A stretch of DNA of 64,000 nucleotides from Deltaproteobacteria bacterium HGW-Deltaproteobacteria-14. GTDB lineage: Bacteria > Myxococcota_A > UBA9042 > PHBI01. Each line of letters begins with the position of its first letter. Within the stretch, counting starts at the first letter, position 1. A program made the translations under genes and the position numbers. This document shows, piece by piece, positions 37,201-47,092 of the stretch. The stretch is from assembly GCA_002841945.1 (NCBI GenBank), contig PHBI01000047.1:5421-69420 (forward strand), written 5' to 3'. Below the pieces are notes generated by a model. That model was not told the origin of the DNA, ran no database searches, and was given only the letters and a program-made list of their open reading frames with translations.

Positions 37201-38196
37201 CTGTGGGCGCGTGAGCACGTCGAGCGCCAGCTCGAGCGCCTCGACCTGGTGAGCGTGGGGGATCTCGGTCTGGCCGGGGTCGATCTCCACCGGCCCGTCG
37301 CCCGGGTGAAGCAGGATCCGCAGCGACGACCCCATCCACACCGGGGGCAGCGTGGTGATCCCGAGCCCGGCGAGGGACTGCGGCGGCTCGACCCGGACCA
37401 CCATCGCTGGAGGCCAGGGTTCGATCGTGACGGTGGCCGGGCCGCGCGCCTCCGGCTCCCGCGCGCGGCCGTCCGCGCGCAGCACGCCGCGCAGGGCCGC
37501 GAGCTCCTCGACGTAGTGCTGCAGCCCGGGCGCGCTCGCCTCAGGCCAGCTCAGCGCCGCTTCCTCGGCCCGCCACGCCTCCGCGCGCGCCGCGCGACCG
37601 TTGAGGAAGTCGACGAGGTCGTCGACGAAGCGCTCGGGGACGTGGCTCCAGCGGGAGTCCGCGCCGAAGAACTCGGCGATGGGCAGCATGCGCCGGCGCA
37701 AGAAGTCGACCACCGCCTCGCGCGGCTCCGCGAGGAGCTGAGGGACGATGGCGACCGAGGCCGACAGCCAGTGGGTCACGCCGTGCGCCTCGGCCCAGGC
37801 GTAGACCTGCTGGCGCGGCAGCGAGCGGGCGAGGTGCGGCGCGTCGCGGTTCGGCCCGCGCCCCACGGGGAGCGCGGGGCTCGCCTTGGCGGCCGTCTTG
37901 CGCGACTCGAGCTGCGCGCGCAGCGTCACCAGCGCGCACACGATGTGTTTGCAGATCGCCGTGCGCCCGAGCGCGCAGCTGCAGTTCGCGACCAGCCGCG
38001 GGCCGCCGGCGATGGCGATGACCTTGTACTCGCCGTCGCTCGACCCGCCGACCGTGGCGTGCAGGACGCCGTCGGTCCCGATCTCGAGCGCGCTGCAGCG
38101 GCCGTCCTCGGCATAGCGCTGCCCGCGCTGGACGATCGCCGGGGGCGCGATCGACGCGATGTCACGCTGCATCAACCATTCGATGACCGATCCCAT
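34288..38196 (-). CDS. SNF2-family helicase with N-terminal SWIM zinc finger
   Basis: [25 protein letters not shown]2_N motifs ([10 protein letters not shown]...[14 protein letters not shown]...[10 protein letters not shown]). C-terminal helicase domain. Start MGSVIEWL has GGGGGAGG 6 nt upstream; the alternative start MTIDDPS at 38244 has no SD. Confidence 0.8.
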   Translation of the reverse strand: MGSVIEWLMQRDIASIAPPAIVQRGQRYAEDGRCSALEIGTDGVLHATVGGSSDGEYKVIAIAGGPRLVANCSCALGRTAICKHIVCALVTLRAQLESRKTAAKASPALPVGRGPNRDAPHLARSLPRQQVYAWAEAHGVTHWLSASVAIVPQLLAEPREAVVDFLRRRMLPIAEFFGADSRWSHVPERFVDDLVDFLNGRAARAEAWRAEEAALSWPEASAPGLQHYVEELAALRGVLRADGRAREPEARGPATVTIEPWPPAMVVRVEPPQSLAGLGITTLPPVWMGSSLRILLHPGDGPVEIDPGQTEIPHAHQVEALELALDVLTRPQWAEQAAQLAAELATPPWRRALDQMRRHLVQAAPAPLVHGNEEGELGWRVRLTRYELEIVPVFLRPKKTGSGLVVRKLAISGLTREPRRWRHPADAAILAELAAQDLGAPYRAVQHLVHHPRVMLDPNMARPVNVRRSELVQAVREDGDGVRLGFELDGALLTLDEARDLVRRARLGVAVEADEEGGILRVITVPPEAEALVTTWTALGDHLPAEALPELVGYLTEASAHVPVHVPEALTGDEVDGTSAPILQLEAPADGAVSARLVVRPLVERASESPGMGPEKLLARRGDAVVHCRRDFPAELAAASAAAAALGLPVHDDGLRHEWGLDAVDDVLDVLNNARDAHIPVEWGGTERYHVGRAVRGSDLVVRAEGGGGRDWFTLEGEATGEDGGTIPLREILRALRERRRYVRLDNGSFAALDAQLRRQLEALAATASHDRLTALAAPLVAELAEAGADVSGSTAWYERMTRLREASGLAAPLPAGLRGELRDYQHEGFQWLVRLAHWSTGACLADDMGLGKTVQALALMLHRRMDGPQLVVAPTSLGFNWEREAERFAPELRVSLFRGAQHVGLLEGELGAGDVVVTSYDLVARYATALKERRWTTVVLDEAQAIKNPETLRARAVFGLDAGFVVALTGTPIENRTGEIWSLFRAIAPGLLGGKRGFRESFAVPIERLGRADAREALAALVRPFVLRRLKRDVAKELPPRTDVRVDVDLSAAERALYEELRTAAADSLAGIGRGEDKAAPQQRFMVLQALTRLRQLACHPRLVDASSAVKSSKLSVLLELVAELRDEGHRALIFSQFTTLLALVRQALDAAGVRWRYLDGQTPAAQRRVEVDAFQAGDGDVFLLSLKAGGTGLNLTAADYVVHLDPWWNPAVEDQATDRAHRIGQDKPVTVYRLVARGTVEEGIMALHDEKRELAEALLAGTDAARALTVEELAALIRGAREGRGGADADEDEDQGARGK

Positions 38197-38382
38197 CGCA
38201 CCTCCCCCGGCGCAGGTGGTAGCAGATGGGTCGTCGATTGTCATGATGTGCCCGGCCGTCGGGCGCCGTCGGTGGGCTCGCGGGCGCGCCGGCGCCGGCG
38301 GAGCGCGGAGCTCGCGGGCTATTGTTTCGGTCCGGCGACTATGGGAGGGTCCCACGACCAGCATTCACCGGGAGCGAGGGGC

Positions 38383-40146
38383 ATGGGCTACGATCTCAAG
38401 ATCATCGGGGGCACGGTCGTCGACGGGACCGGCGCCCCGGCGCGGCGCGCGGACGTGGCCGTCGCGGATGGCCGTATCGTCGCCGTGGGCGAGTGCGCGG
38501 GCGGCGCGGCGCGCACGATCGACGCCGACGGCGCGCTGGTGACGCCGGGCTTCGTCGACATCCACACCCACTACGACGGGCAGATATCGTGGGACGACGA
38601 GCTCGCTCCGTCGTGCTTCCACGGCGTCACGACCGCGGTGATCGGCAACTGCGGCGTCGGCTTCGCCCCGTGTCGCGCCACGGACCGCGACCGCCTCGTC
38701 GATCTCATGCAGGGGGTCGAGGACATCCCCGGGACCGCGCTCAGCGAGGGGATCACCTGGGACTGGGAGAGCTTCCCGGAGTTCCTCGACGCCATCGACT
38801 CGCGCCCGCACACCATCGACTTCGGCGCCTACATCCCCCACGACGCGCTGCGCGTCTACGTCATGGGCGACCGCGCCGTGGCGGACGAGCAGGCCAACGA
38901 CGCCGACATCGCGACCATGCGGCGGCACGTGCGAGAGGCGCTCGAGGCGGGCGCCGTGGGCCTCGCCACCGGGCGCAGCGACAACCACCGCGCCGCCGAC
39001 GGGTCGTTCACGCCGGCCTCCGAGTCGAGCGTGCGCGAGCTGACCGGCCTCGCGAGCGCCCTCGACGGGCTCGGCCACGGCGTCCTGCAGGCGGTGAGCG
39101 ACTTCGACATCCGCCGTGGCAAGGCCGGCTTCGACGCCGAGTTCGACGTGCTCGAGGCGATGATGCGGGCCGCCCCGGGGCACGGCCTGAGCCTGTCATT
39201 GTTGCAGCGCGTCAAGGACACCGCCCAGTGGAAGCGGGTCATCCAGCGCGCCGAGGGTGCGGTCGCGAAGGGCCTGGATATGCGCCTTCAGGTGGGCGCT
39301 CGGGGCATCGGCGTGCTGCTCGGCCTCGAGGCGACCTTCCAGCCGTTCATGGGCTTCCCGAGCTACAAGTCGATCGCCCACCTGTCGCGGGCCGAGCGCG
39401 TCGCGGCGATGCGCGACCCGGCCTTCAAGGCGCGGCTCCTGAGCGAGAAGAGCGACCGCGTGGCCGGTGACGGCAGCAACATCCCCGCGCTCGCCGACGA
39501 CTTTTTGCAGAACCTCGACTTCGTCGCGATGCGGCTGTGGCGCCTGGGTGAGGACTTCAGCTACGAGCCCGACTCCCGCGACTCGGTGCTCGCGCAGGCG
39601 CTCGCGCGCAAGGTCTCGCCGCTCGAGGTCATCTACGAGGCGATGCTCGAGGACGACGGCCGTGAGCTGCTCTACTTCCCGATCTACAACTACATCGGGA
39701 TGAACCTCGACGTGGTCCACACCATGTTGACGCACCCCCTGGCGCTCAGCGGCCTGTCGGACGGCGGGGCGCACGTCGGCACCATCTGCGACGCGAGCTT
39801 CCCGACCTACATGCTCACCCACTGGGCGCGAGACCGGCACCGCGGGCCACAGCTCGGGCTCGAGCAGGTGGTGGAGATGCTGACCCGGCGCAACGCCGCC
39901 TGGGTGGGCATGCGCGACCGCGGGATCGTCGCGCCGGGGATGAAGGCCGACCTCAACGTCATCGACTTCGACCGCCTGCGCCTGCGCCGCCCGCGCCTCG
40001 TCGCGGACCTGCCGGCGGGCGGCAAGCGCCTGCTCCAGGACGCTGAGGGCTACCGGGCGACCATCGTCTCGGGCGAGGTCATCACCGTCGACGGCCAGCT
40101 GACGCAAGGGCGCCCCGGCCGCCTCGTGCGAGTCGGCCGAGCATGA
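38383..40146 (+). CDS. N-acyl-D-amino-acid deacylase (D-aminoacylase, amidohydrolase superfamily)
   Basis: [19 protein letters not shown]...[14 protein letters not shown]...[12 protein letters not shown]. The upstream 600 aa of ORF 36502..40146 are antisense to the SNF2 gene. Confidence 0.8.
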   Translation: MGYDLKIIGGTVVDGTGAPARRADVAVADGRIVAVGECAGGAARTIDADGALVTPGFVDIHTHYDGQISWDDELAPSCFHGVTTAVIGNCGVGFAPCRATDRDRLVDLMQGVEDIPGTALSEGITWDWESFPEFLDAIDSRPHTIDFGAYIPHDALRVYVMGDRAVADEQANDADIATMRRHVREALEAGAVGLATGRSDNHRAADGSFTPASESSVRELTGLASALDGLGHGVLQAVSDFDIRRGKAGFDAEFDVLEAMMRAAPGHGLSLSLLQRVKDTAQWKRVIQRAEGAVAKGLDMRLQVGARGIGVLLGLEATFQPFMGFPSYKSIAHLSRAERVAAMRDPAFKARLLSEKSDRVAGDGSNIPALADDFLQNLDFVAMRLWRLGEDFSYEPDSRDSVLAQALARKVSPLEVIYEAMLEDDGRELLYFPIYNYIGMNLDVVHTMLTHPLALSGLSDGGAHVGTICDASFPTYMLTHWARDRHRGPQLGLEQVVEMLTRRNAAWVGMRDRGIVAPGMKADLNVIDFDRLRLRRPRLVADLPAGGKRLLQDAEGYRATIVSGEVITVDGQLTQGRPGRLVRVGRA

Positions 40147-40215
40147 TCTCGGGTCGGGCCTGGCGGCGGCGGCCACGGTCCCTATCGTGACGGCCTATTG
40201 GAAGGAGCCACCACC

Positions 40216-40836
40216 GTGATCGACCTCTACAGCTTCCCCACGCCCAACGGAAAGAAGGTGTCCGTCGCGCTCGAGGAGCTCGAGCTCCCCTACCGCCCGC
40301 ACCGCGTCGACATCGAGAAGGGCGAGCAGTTCGCGCCTGACTTCCTCGCGATCAGCCCCAACAACAAGATCCCGGCCATCGTCGACCAGGACGGCCCGGG
40401 CGGGGAGCCCCTCGCGCTCTTCGAGTCCGGGGCCATCCTCTTGTACCTCGCCGAGAAGGCGGGGCGGCTCCTGCCGACGACCCCACGCGAGCGGCACGAG
40501 GTCGTCGCCTGGCTGATGTTCCAGGTCGGGGGCGTCGGGCCGATGTTCGGCCAGGCGAGTCACTTCACGCGCTTCGCGCCTGAGCAGGTGCCGTACGCCA
40601 TCGCGCGCTACACCGCCGAGGCCGAGCGCCTCCTCGGCGTGATGGACCGGCGCCTCGACGGCCGTGACTGGCTCGCCGGCGGCGCCTACTCGGTCGCGGA
40701 CATCGCGTCCTATTGCTGGGTCGCTGGCCACTCCGTGCGGACGGCGAACGCCGACCGCTGGCCGCACGTCGCGGCCTGGGTCGCCCGCATCGCCGCCCGC
40801 CCCGGGGTGCAGCGCGGGTGGAAGGTCTTGGCCTGA
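40216..40836 (+). CDS. Glutathione S-transferase family protein
   Basis: GTG 40216 follows GGAAGGAG. IDLYSFPTPNGKKVSVALEELELPY...FESGAILLYLAEK is a GST N-terminal fold. Confidence 0.8.
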   Translation: MIDLYSFPTPNGKKVSVALEELELPYRPHRVDIEKGEQFAPDFLAISPNNKIPAIVDQDGPGGEPLALFESGAILLYLAEKAGRLLPTTPRERHEVVAWLMFQVGGVGPMFGQASHFTRFAPEQVPYAIARYTAEAERLLGVMDRRLDGRDWLAGGAYSVADIASYCWVAGHSVRTANADRWPHVAAWVARIAARPGVQRGWKVLA

Positions 40837-40880
40837 GCCCGCCCGCGGGCGGGCGGGCAGGGATTGTCAACCTTGTTGAC
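40837..40880. terminator. Perfect GC palindrome (gcccgcccgcgggcgggcgggc) followed by a GTCAAC-CTT-GTTGAC 6-3-6 inverted repeat between the convergent GST and HTH genes
   Basis: Read directly from the sequence. A bidirectional terminator hairpin is plausible. The second palindrome has the same 6-3-6 architecture as the TGTGAAC boxes. Confidence 0.35.
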
Positions 40881-41289
40881 GCATCCCGGGGCGCGGTCTG
40901 GACGACGTCGCGATGGCCTTGAGCGGCGGCGATCCGCCAGCGTCAGTGTCGTGGCCGTTGACCCGGACGCCCAGCCAGGTCTCGGCCCACGAGACGGCCG
41001 AGGCCACGTCGGCCCCGTAGGCCACGACGACTCGGAGGAAGGCGTCGAGGGGGAACTTCGAGCGCCCGGTCGTCCAGCGGTAGGCCGCGGCGTAGCTCGC
41101 CCCGGTGATGGCGATGATGTCTTGAATCGTAGGCGGGGCGTCCGGGACGGCCATGATGTGCTCCACCGATTGCCCCTGTTGGAGCTTGTTGAGGGTCGCC
41201 TCCGGACGTCGCACACCCAGGCGGCGGAGCTCGCCGATGGCGGCGCTCCGCGAGAGTTGATGTTCCGTTCGAACGTTCAAGAAGCGCAT
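40867..41289 (-). CDS. Hypothetical HTH-containing protein (XRE-like motif)
   Basis: 140-aa ORF. IQDIIAITGASYAAAYRWTTGRSKFPLD resembles an XRE-type HTH. Adjacent to the tRNA-Thr flank. Confidence 0.3.
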   Translation of the reverse strand: MRFLNVRTEHQLSRSAAIGELRRLGVRRPEATLNKLQQGQSVEHIMAVPDAPPTIQDIIAITGASYAAAYRWTTGRSKFPLDAFLRVVVAYGADVASAVSWAETWLGVRVNGHDTDAGGSPPLKAIATSSRPRPGMRQQG

Positions 41290-41997
41290 TTTTTCGCTCC
41301 GGCCTGCCGGTTCACTGCGGGACGCGCGCCGAGAAGGCTAGCGTCGCTGTCTCTGTTGGCGACGCGCGCCACGGTCGCGAGCTATCCGCGGGACACGCCC
41401 TGCGACCGCGGGACCAGCTCGTCGTCGTGTCGGTAACTGCATTGCACCATCGCCGCTGCGTCAGGGGGACACCGACGCGTTCGATCTACAGGTCGGCGCG
41501 CTCACATGCGGTCGCGCCGCGACCGGATGGCACTGGAAAAGCAGGAAGCGTGCCATCTGTGCCACAGCGCGTCATGGCGCGTCGATCTCCCCCGAAGCCT
41601 GGCGCGAGCGCCGTTCACGCTCCCATCCGATTGACCGCGAGCGTGGCGGGGTGTCCGCGATTGCGGATTCTGGCCCGACCCTTGTCCGCTTTCCCGGACT
41701 AGTTTCGCCACCGCCTGGCCCGGTTCGCGTCTGGCCAGGCGGCCCTTTCGGGGCTTCCTTCGCGGGGTACGGGGCGCCGCCGGCGGTCGGTGCTCGGGAG
41801 ACTCGCCGCGATGGACGGCGCCGCGTACGGGACACGCGCGATCGCAGCTGGCTCGCCGCGTCCGCGTCCGCGATCCCGGATCGCGGATCTGGACGGATCC
41901 CGGACGCTGCTCGGCGAACGACCTGGCGAGGTCCTGGAGCCCATGTCCCAGGCCGTGTCGCGGCCGGAGCAGCCGCTCAGCTCCTCACATCGTCGCG

Positions 41998-42043
41998 CCC
42001 GAAAAGACGACGCCCGGTCGCAGTCGATCGCTGCAACCGGGCG
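41998..42043 (-). terminator. Intrinsic terminator of tRNA-Thr (minus strand)
   Basis: Hairpin cgcccggt...accgggcg followed by tcgtcttttc on the minus strand, immediately 3' of the tRNA. Confidence 0.55.
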
Positions 42044-42058
42044 TAATCTCGAGGCTTC

Positions 42059-42134
42059 TGGAGCCGACACGCGGACTTGAACCGCGGACCTGCTGATTAC
42101 GAATCAGCTGCTCTACCGACTGAGCTATGTCGGC
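42059..42134 (-). tRNA. tRNA-Thr (anticodon CGT) with encoded CCA
   Basis: Manual fold of the reverse strand: acceptor gccgaca/tgtcggc, D-arm gctc-agtcggta-gagc, anticodon stem gctga/tcagc with loop ttCGTaa, T-arm cgcgg-ttcaagt-ccgcg, discriminator t, then cca. Confidence 0.85.
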
Positions 42135-42281
42135 GCGACGGAGGCGGAGTATAGGGATGCGGGCCGCTTTGGCAAGCGGAATCGGCCCTGAACGGCGGGG
42201 GGACAGGGTCCCGTTGCCGCGACGCCCCGCGGGGTGCATCCTGGCGTCACGACTGACCCGTGAGCGCCGAAGGAGCCGCGG

Positions 42282-42722
42282 ATGACGCGCCGCATGATCG
42301 CCGCAGCAGCATGTTGCCTCCTGGTCCCGATGTTCGGGTGCGCGATGGCGTCCAACTCCGGCGTGGCCGCGGACGAGCGCCGCACCGTCGACGCCGATCC
42401 GGGGCGCCTCAGCGCCGAGCAGGCCCTCGCGCGTGTGCGCGCTGCGCTCGACGGCGTCGCCGAGGTCGCCTCCCTGCGGCGGCGGCTCGAGGAGTCGGGC
42501 GACGCCCTCGCCGTCATGCTCGAGGGGGACGCCGACCCGTCCACCGATCGCCCCCGCGTGTGGCAGGTCTACGTCGGCGAGTCGCACCCGGACCACCTCG
42601 TCCGGCTGTGGGCGTTCAACGTCGACGCCGTCACCGGGGCCATCTCGATAACCGACCCCGTCACCCTCGAGGACCTCCCCTACGACCTGTGGCGTCAGCG
42701 CCTGGCCCAGTCGCCGCCGTGA
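42282..42722 (+). CDS. Hypothetical lipoprotein (146 aa)
   Basis: MTRRMIAAAACCLLVPMFGCA (lipobox). High GC3. Confidence 0.5.
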   Translation: MTRRMIAAAACCLLVPMFGCAMASNSGVAADERRTVDADPGRLSAEQALARVRAALDGVAEVASLRRRLEESGDALAVMLEGDADPSTDRPRVWQVYVGESHPDHLVRLWAFNVDAVTGAISITDPVTLEDLPYDLWRQRLAQSPP

Positions 42723-43011
42723 AGCGGAGGTCGCGGGTGTCGGCCGCCGCCGCCGCCCGGGCCACGGCGAGCGCACCGGGCGCACCCCGCCGGGTCGCGC
42801 CGCCCGCGCGCGGGTCCTCCGGCCGCTTCCCTGGCCTCGGCGCCGTCCCCGTCGTACCCTCCTGGGACATCGATCCGGGGCCGACCTAGCGAGGCCCTGG
42901 GGCAGGGGCCCAGGCCGCGCAGCGGCCGGATCAGTCTCGCCGGGGCCCCAGTAAGCCGCAGCGCGGCGAGCGCTGCTCGAGGTGTCCTGGGGCATGTACA
43001 AAGGAGCAACC

Positions 43012-45705
43012 ATGCCGCGACCGTCTCTCGCCATCGCGCTCGCCCTCGCGACCACCGCCGCGGCTGCCTGCGGGGGCGCCGCCGGGGTCGGCGAGCAGCT
43101 CGACAGCGACGCGGACGTGGAGGTCGGCCTCGACACCGGCGTCCCGGACACCGCGGCGGTCGACAGCGCCGCCCCTGACACCGAGCCGGCCGACACCACG
43201 CCGCCCGGGCCTGGCGTCGTGATCGCCGAGCCGACCGGCGAGAGCATCATCGGCGGCCTGGTCCCGGTCGTGGTCGCGCCCACCGGGGGCGTCACCGAGC
43301 ACGTGCTCGACGGCGTCCGCGTCGACCGCGACGGCAGCACCATCTTTCGGGGCGCGCTGCTGCCCGACCGCTTCCTGCTCGACACCGGCTGGGGCGAGGC
43401 CGCCTCGGAGATGACCCTCGACGCCTACGCGGTCATCGACGGCGCCGCCCAGAGCGACACGGTCGACCTGACGGTGAACAACCGCCCGTACCAGTTCGTG
43501 TCGGTGACCGCGGACGAGACCGGCTACCGGGACGGCCAGACGATCGCGATCGAGGTGGTGTTGACCCACGTGGGCGCCGAGGTCACGGCGGACTTCAGCG
43601 CCATCGACAGCGCCTGGCACGCGGGCGCGGAGACCGTCACGGCGACCGGAGACGCCTCGTTTCGGGTGTCTTACCGCGTCGCCCCGAACAACGTCCGCCC
43701 CGACGGGCGCTACGTCATCCCCATCCGCGCCACGTACCCGGGCTGGGTCATCGAGCACGAGCGCCTCGCGGTGCGCCTGCTCAACAAGCCCGTGATGCCG
43801 GTCTCCGTGCCCGGGGCCATCGCGGTGCGCGCGGCGCGGCCGGTCCCGAGCGGCTGGGACGTGGCGCTGCCGACGCTCCAGGCGAACGGCACCATCGTCA
43901 CCGGCGGCACGCTGGCGCTCACCGTCGACTTCCGGGGCGTGGCCAAGCCCTCCGACGTCATCGGGATCGTCGTGGCCCTCGACGAGACCTTCGGCTACGT
44001 CCAGGTGCCGCTGCAGAACAGCGCGGGGCTCGAGGAGCTGCGCCTGTCGCTGCGCCAGTACCTCGCCGACGAGACCGTGCCGAGCGGGCTCACCCTGGCG
44101 GTCGCCCTCGTCGATCGCCGTGGCGCCGTGTCGAGCTACGTCACCAAGGCGCTCAACGTCCTGTCGGTCGGGGCCGGGGACCTCCAGATCAGCGTCGCCT
44201 GGGACTCTCCGACCGACGTCGACCTGCACGTGACCGGCCCCGGCACGACGCCCGGCTCAGAGTGCACCGTCTATTACGCCAACAAGACGTGCAGCTCCGG
44301 CGGTCAGATCGATCTGGACTCGAACCCGGCGTGCAACATCGACGGGATCAACAACGAGAACGTCTTCTGGGACACGTCGAAGGCCGCCCCCGGCGACTAC
44401 ACCGTCGAGCTGCGCTACTGGTCCGACTGCAGCTGCTGCTCGGCCCGCTACACCGTCTCGGTGGTGAGCTGCGGCGTCTCGGAGACCTTCGAGGGGATCC
44501 TGTCGCAGGGGACGAGCGGCGGGTCGTCGCCCAAGCGCCTCATCACGACCGTCTCGACCCGGGACTGCGGCCGGACGGTGCTCGGGCGCGTCCGCTACCA
44601 GGACCGGCTGGTCGACGCGACGGGGACCCACGGCTGGACCTGGCAGCCGGTGCGGCACGCGCTCGTCGAGGTCCGGCGGCAGGCGACGGACTTCGTCCTC
44701 GCGACCGGGCAGACCGACGCCGACGGCCGCTACCGCATCAACTACGCCAACGACGGCGATCACGCCGTCTACGTCGCGGTCGTCTCGAAGACCAACCCCC
44801 TCGATCCGGTGCGCGGCGTCGACGTGATGGACCAGCCGTACAGTCGCCTGAACTACGAGGTGCGCTCCGAGGTCTTCGACGACACGCCGGGGCCGAACGA
44901 CGACCGCACGCCGATCGTGGCCGACCTCGAGGTGGATGAGGTCGGCGGCTCGGGTGGGTTCAACATCCTCGATCAGCTGCTGAGCGGCTACGACCTCGTC
45001 AGGCGCATGACCGGACGGCAGCTCGGCGTGCTCCGCGCGTTCTGGACGACGGCGGAGGAGGGGCACGAGACCGCGTACTGCACCAAGGCGCTCTACGACG
45101 CCGACCAGTGTATCGAGCCGCGGAGCGTGACCATCCAGGGCTTCGAGGAAGACCCCGACCAGTTCGACGACCAGGTCATCCTGCGGGCGTTCTTCGGCTT
45201 CGCGCTCGACAAGGCGAGCCAGAACGACAGCCCAGGCGGGCCCGTGGACGGGCGCCGGGTCGACCCGCGGGTCGCGTGGGCCGAGGGGATCGCGACGTTC
45301 TTCGCCGCCGACGTGCTCGGGATCGCGAGCTACACCGACAGCCGGCCCCGGGGTGTCTACGGCGTGCGCGACCTGGAGACCCCGTGGTCGCCGTTCGCGC
45401 GCGGCACCGAGGCGGACGGGCGAGTGTCACCCGATCTCGTCGCGGCGGTGCTCAACGACCTCGCCGACGGCGTCGACGGTGAAGCCAGCGACCCGGTCAG
45501 CGGGGGGCGGCAGGGGATCTACGACGTCGTCTTCAACCGGCTCAAGACGTACAACCTGCCGGACCGGGGCCCCGAGGGGGTCGAACTCTACGACTTCCTC
45601 GACGGCTTCATCTGCCGCGGCTACGGCGCCGAGGCGACCCTCGCGCCGATCCTCGCAGAGCGGGACTATGCCTACGACTTCGACGCGCCGGTGAGCTGCC
45701 CCTGA
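43012..45705 (+). CDS. Large hypothetical lipoprotein (~900 aa) with a Cys-rich central domain
   Basis: AAAGGAG RBS precedes ATG 43012. MPRPSLAIALALATTAAAACGG (lipobox). High GC3 throughout. Confidence 0.65.
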   Translation: MPRPSLAIALALATTAAAACGGAAGVGEQLDSDADVEVGLDTGVPDTAAVDSAAPDTEPADTTPPGPGVVIAEPTGESIIGGLVPVVVAPTGGVTEHVLDGVRVDRDGSTIFRGALLPDRFLLDTGWGEAASEMTLDAYAVIDGAAQSDTVDLTVNNRPYQFVSVTADETGYRDGQTIAIEVVLTHVGAEVTADFSAIDSAWHAGAETVTATGDASFRVSYRVAPNNVRPDGRYVIPIRATYPGWVIEHERLAVRLLNKPVMPVSVPGAIAVRAARPVPSGWDVALPTLQANGTIVTGGTLALTVDFRGVAKPSDVIGIVVALDETFGYVQVPLQNSAGLEELRLSLRQYLADETVPSGLTLAVALVDRRGAVSSYVTKALNVLSVGAGDLQISVAWDSPTDVDLHVTGPGTTPGSECTVYYANKTCSSGGQIDLDSNPACNIDGINNENVFWDTSKAAPGDYTVELRYWSDCSCCSARYTVSVVSCGVSETFEGILSQGTSGGSSPKRLITTVSTRDCGRTVLGRVRYQDRLVDATGTHGWTWQPVRHALVEVRRQATDFVLATGQTDADGRYRINYANDGDHAVYVAVVSKTNPLDPVRGVDVMDQPYSRLNYEVRSEVFDDTPGPNDDRTPIVADLEVDEVGGSGGFNILDQLLSGYDLVRRMTGRQLGVLRAFWTTAEEGHETAYCTKALYDADQCIEPRSVTIQGFEEDPDQFDDQVILRAFFGFALDKASQNDSPGGPVDGRRVDPRVAWAEGIATFFAADVLGIASYTDSRPRGVYGVRDLETPWSPFARGTEADGRVSPDLVAAVLNDLADGVDGEASDPVSGGRQGIYDVVFNRLKTYNLPDRGPEGVELYDFLDGFICRGYGAEATLAPILAERDYAYDFDAPVSCP

Positions 45706-45733
45706 GCCGCGGCGGCCCCCCCTGCCGTCGGCG

Positions 45734-46978
45734 TCAGTTCGCGCAGCAGGGATCGGCGCAGCAGCCCTCGAGGGAGTAGCCGGCGGGGAGCGGCATGACG
45801 GCGCTGTCGGCGTTGCCGACCGAGACGATCACGCCGGCCGGGGTGTCGCGGAAGATCACCGGGTCCGACAGGCCGGGCAGCGTGCCGGTGCAGAGCTTGC
45901 CTTGGAGTGAGGCGACGCAGCTCCCGCCGACGCAGCTCGAGCAGGCCATCGTCGCCGCGAAGGTCTGGCGGTTGGTCGGGGTCGCGTACTCGGTTGTCAC
46001 GCCGCTGCCGGGCACGTTCAGCTGGTGCTGCGAGCAGACGAGCGCGCCGTCGGTGACGAGCGGCACCTCCCACTTCAGCCATGGCCAGGTCGCGCCCTCG
46101 GGGGTCTGGCCGTCCTGCCACGCGGTCTGGCTGGCGGAGGCCCGGCCCTTGAGCGTGCAGTCCGTCGTCGTGTCGCCCACGAAGCTCGCCATGTTGAGGC
46201 CGATCGCGGTGTTCCAGTAGCACTTCTCGTAGGGGGCGAGCTGCTCCGCGCCGCGGTAGGTCGCGACCTGATAGACGTGGGCGCCCGTCTGCCCGGTGTT
46301 GCCCGGGCCAGCGGTCGGCACGACCTGCGTGCTGGTCCCGTCGCTGCAGTCCACCTGGACGGTGTCGAGGTGGAGGACGGTCGAGGTGCCGTTGCCCGAG
46401 GTACACGCGAGGGCCATGATCACGGTCTTGTCGCGCTCGCCGTCGCTGTTGAAGAGGAACTGATCGACGCAGTCGAGCTTGGCCGAGCAGAAGACGTCGT
46501 CGAAGGTCACCGCGACGTCGAAGAAGCCCTGGTTGGCCTGACGGGCCAGCGTGATGTCGAAGGTGACCGGCGTGTCGGCGTCTGCGCGGCAGGTGGCGCC
46601 GCGCGTCAGCGGCCCGGGGTTGTCGTAGTCGAGGATCTCGGCGCCGCCCGCGGCGTAGAGGTGGGTCAGCTCCACGGTCACGGTGTTGGCCGGCTGGTCG
46701 GCGTCGCATGGACCGACGTAGCTCAGCGCGCCGCTGCCGTCGCCGTAGGCGGTCGACGTGACGTCACGCGTCCACACGATCTCCGCCGGATCGGCGCCGT
46801 TCCTCACGGTGATGGTGTAGGCGGCGTCCGCCACCGCGGGGAGGTCGAGCGGCGCGATCGCGATCGCCACGCGTGCGCCCGGGACGTCCAACGGCGTCGT
46901 CGTTCTCGCGCTACAGCCAACGACGAGAGCGGCCCCCAGCGCGACCGCGACCATGTTCTTCAGGAGATGGGTGGGCAT
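45734..46978 (-). CDS. Hypothetical Cys-rich lipoprotein
   Basis: MPTHLLKNMVAVALGAALVVGCS (lipobox). C-terminal CCADPCCAN. Many paired Cys. Confidence 0.55.
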   Translation of the reverse strand: MPTHLLKNMVAVALGAALVVGCSARTTTPLDVPGARVAIAIAPLDLPAVADAAYTITVRNGADPAEIVWTRDVTSTAYGDGSGALSYVGPCDADQPANTVTVELTHLYAAGGAEILDYDNPGPLTRGATCRADADTPVTFDITLARQANQGFFDVAVTFDDVFCSAKLDCVDQFLFNSDGERDKTVIMALACTSGNGTSTVLHLDTVQVDCSDGTSTQVVPTAGPGNTGQTGAHVYQVATYRGAEQLAPYEKCYWNTAIGLNMASFVGDTTTDCTLKGRASASQTAWQDGQTPEGATWPWLKWEVPLVTDGALVCSQHQLNVPGSGVTTEYATPTNRQTFAATMACSSCVGGSCVASLQGKLCTGTLPGLSDPVIFRDTPAGVIVSVGNADSAVMPLPAGYSLEGCCADPCCAN

Positions 46979-47092
46979 GTTCGGAGCATCGCACACCGCC
47001 GCCGCTATCTCCAAGTCTCGCGTCGTCGCCTCCGGGACAGCCACGCGCAGCGCCACCTTGCCCCCTGCGGCGCCGGGCGCTATGACACCGAC

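Noticed and set aside
36502-38382. N-terminal 600 aa of the 1214-aa + ORF
   Set aside because: Antisense to the SNF2 helicase. The real D-aminoacylase starts at ATG 38383 where GC3 and homology begin.
41985-43385. 466-aa minus ORF across the tRNA
   Set aside because: Overlaps tRNA-Thr and the + strand lipoprotein genes. Low-complexity artefact.
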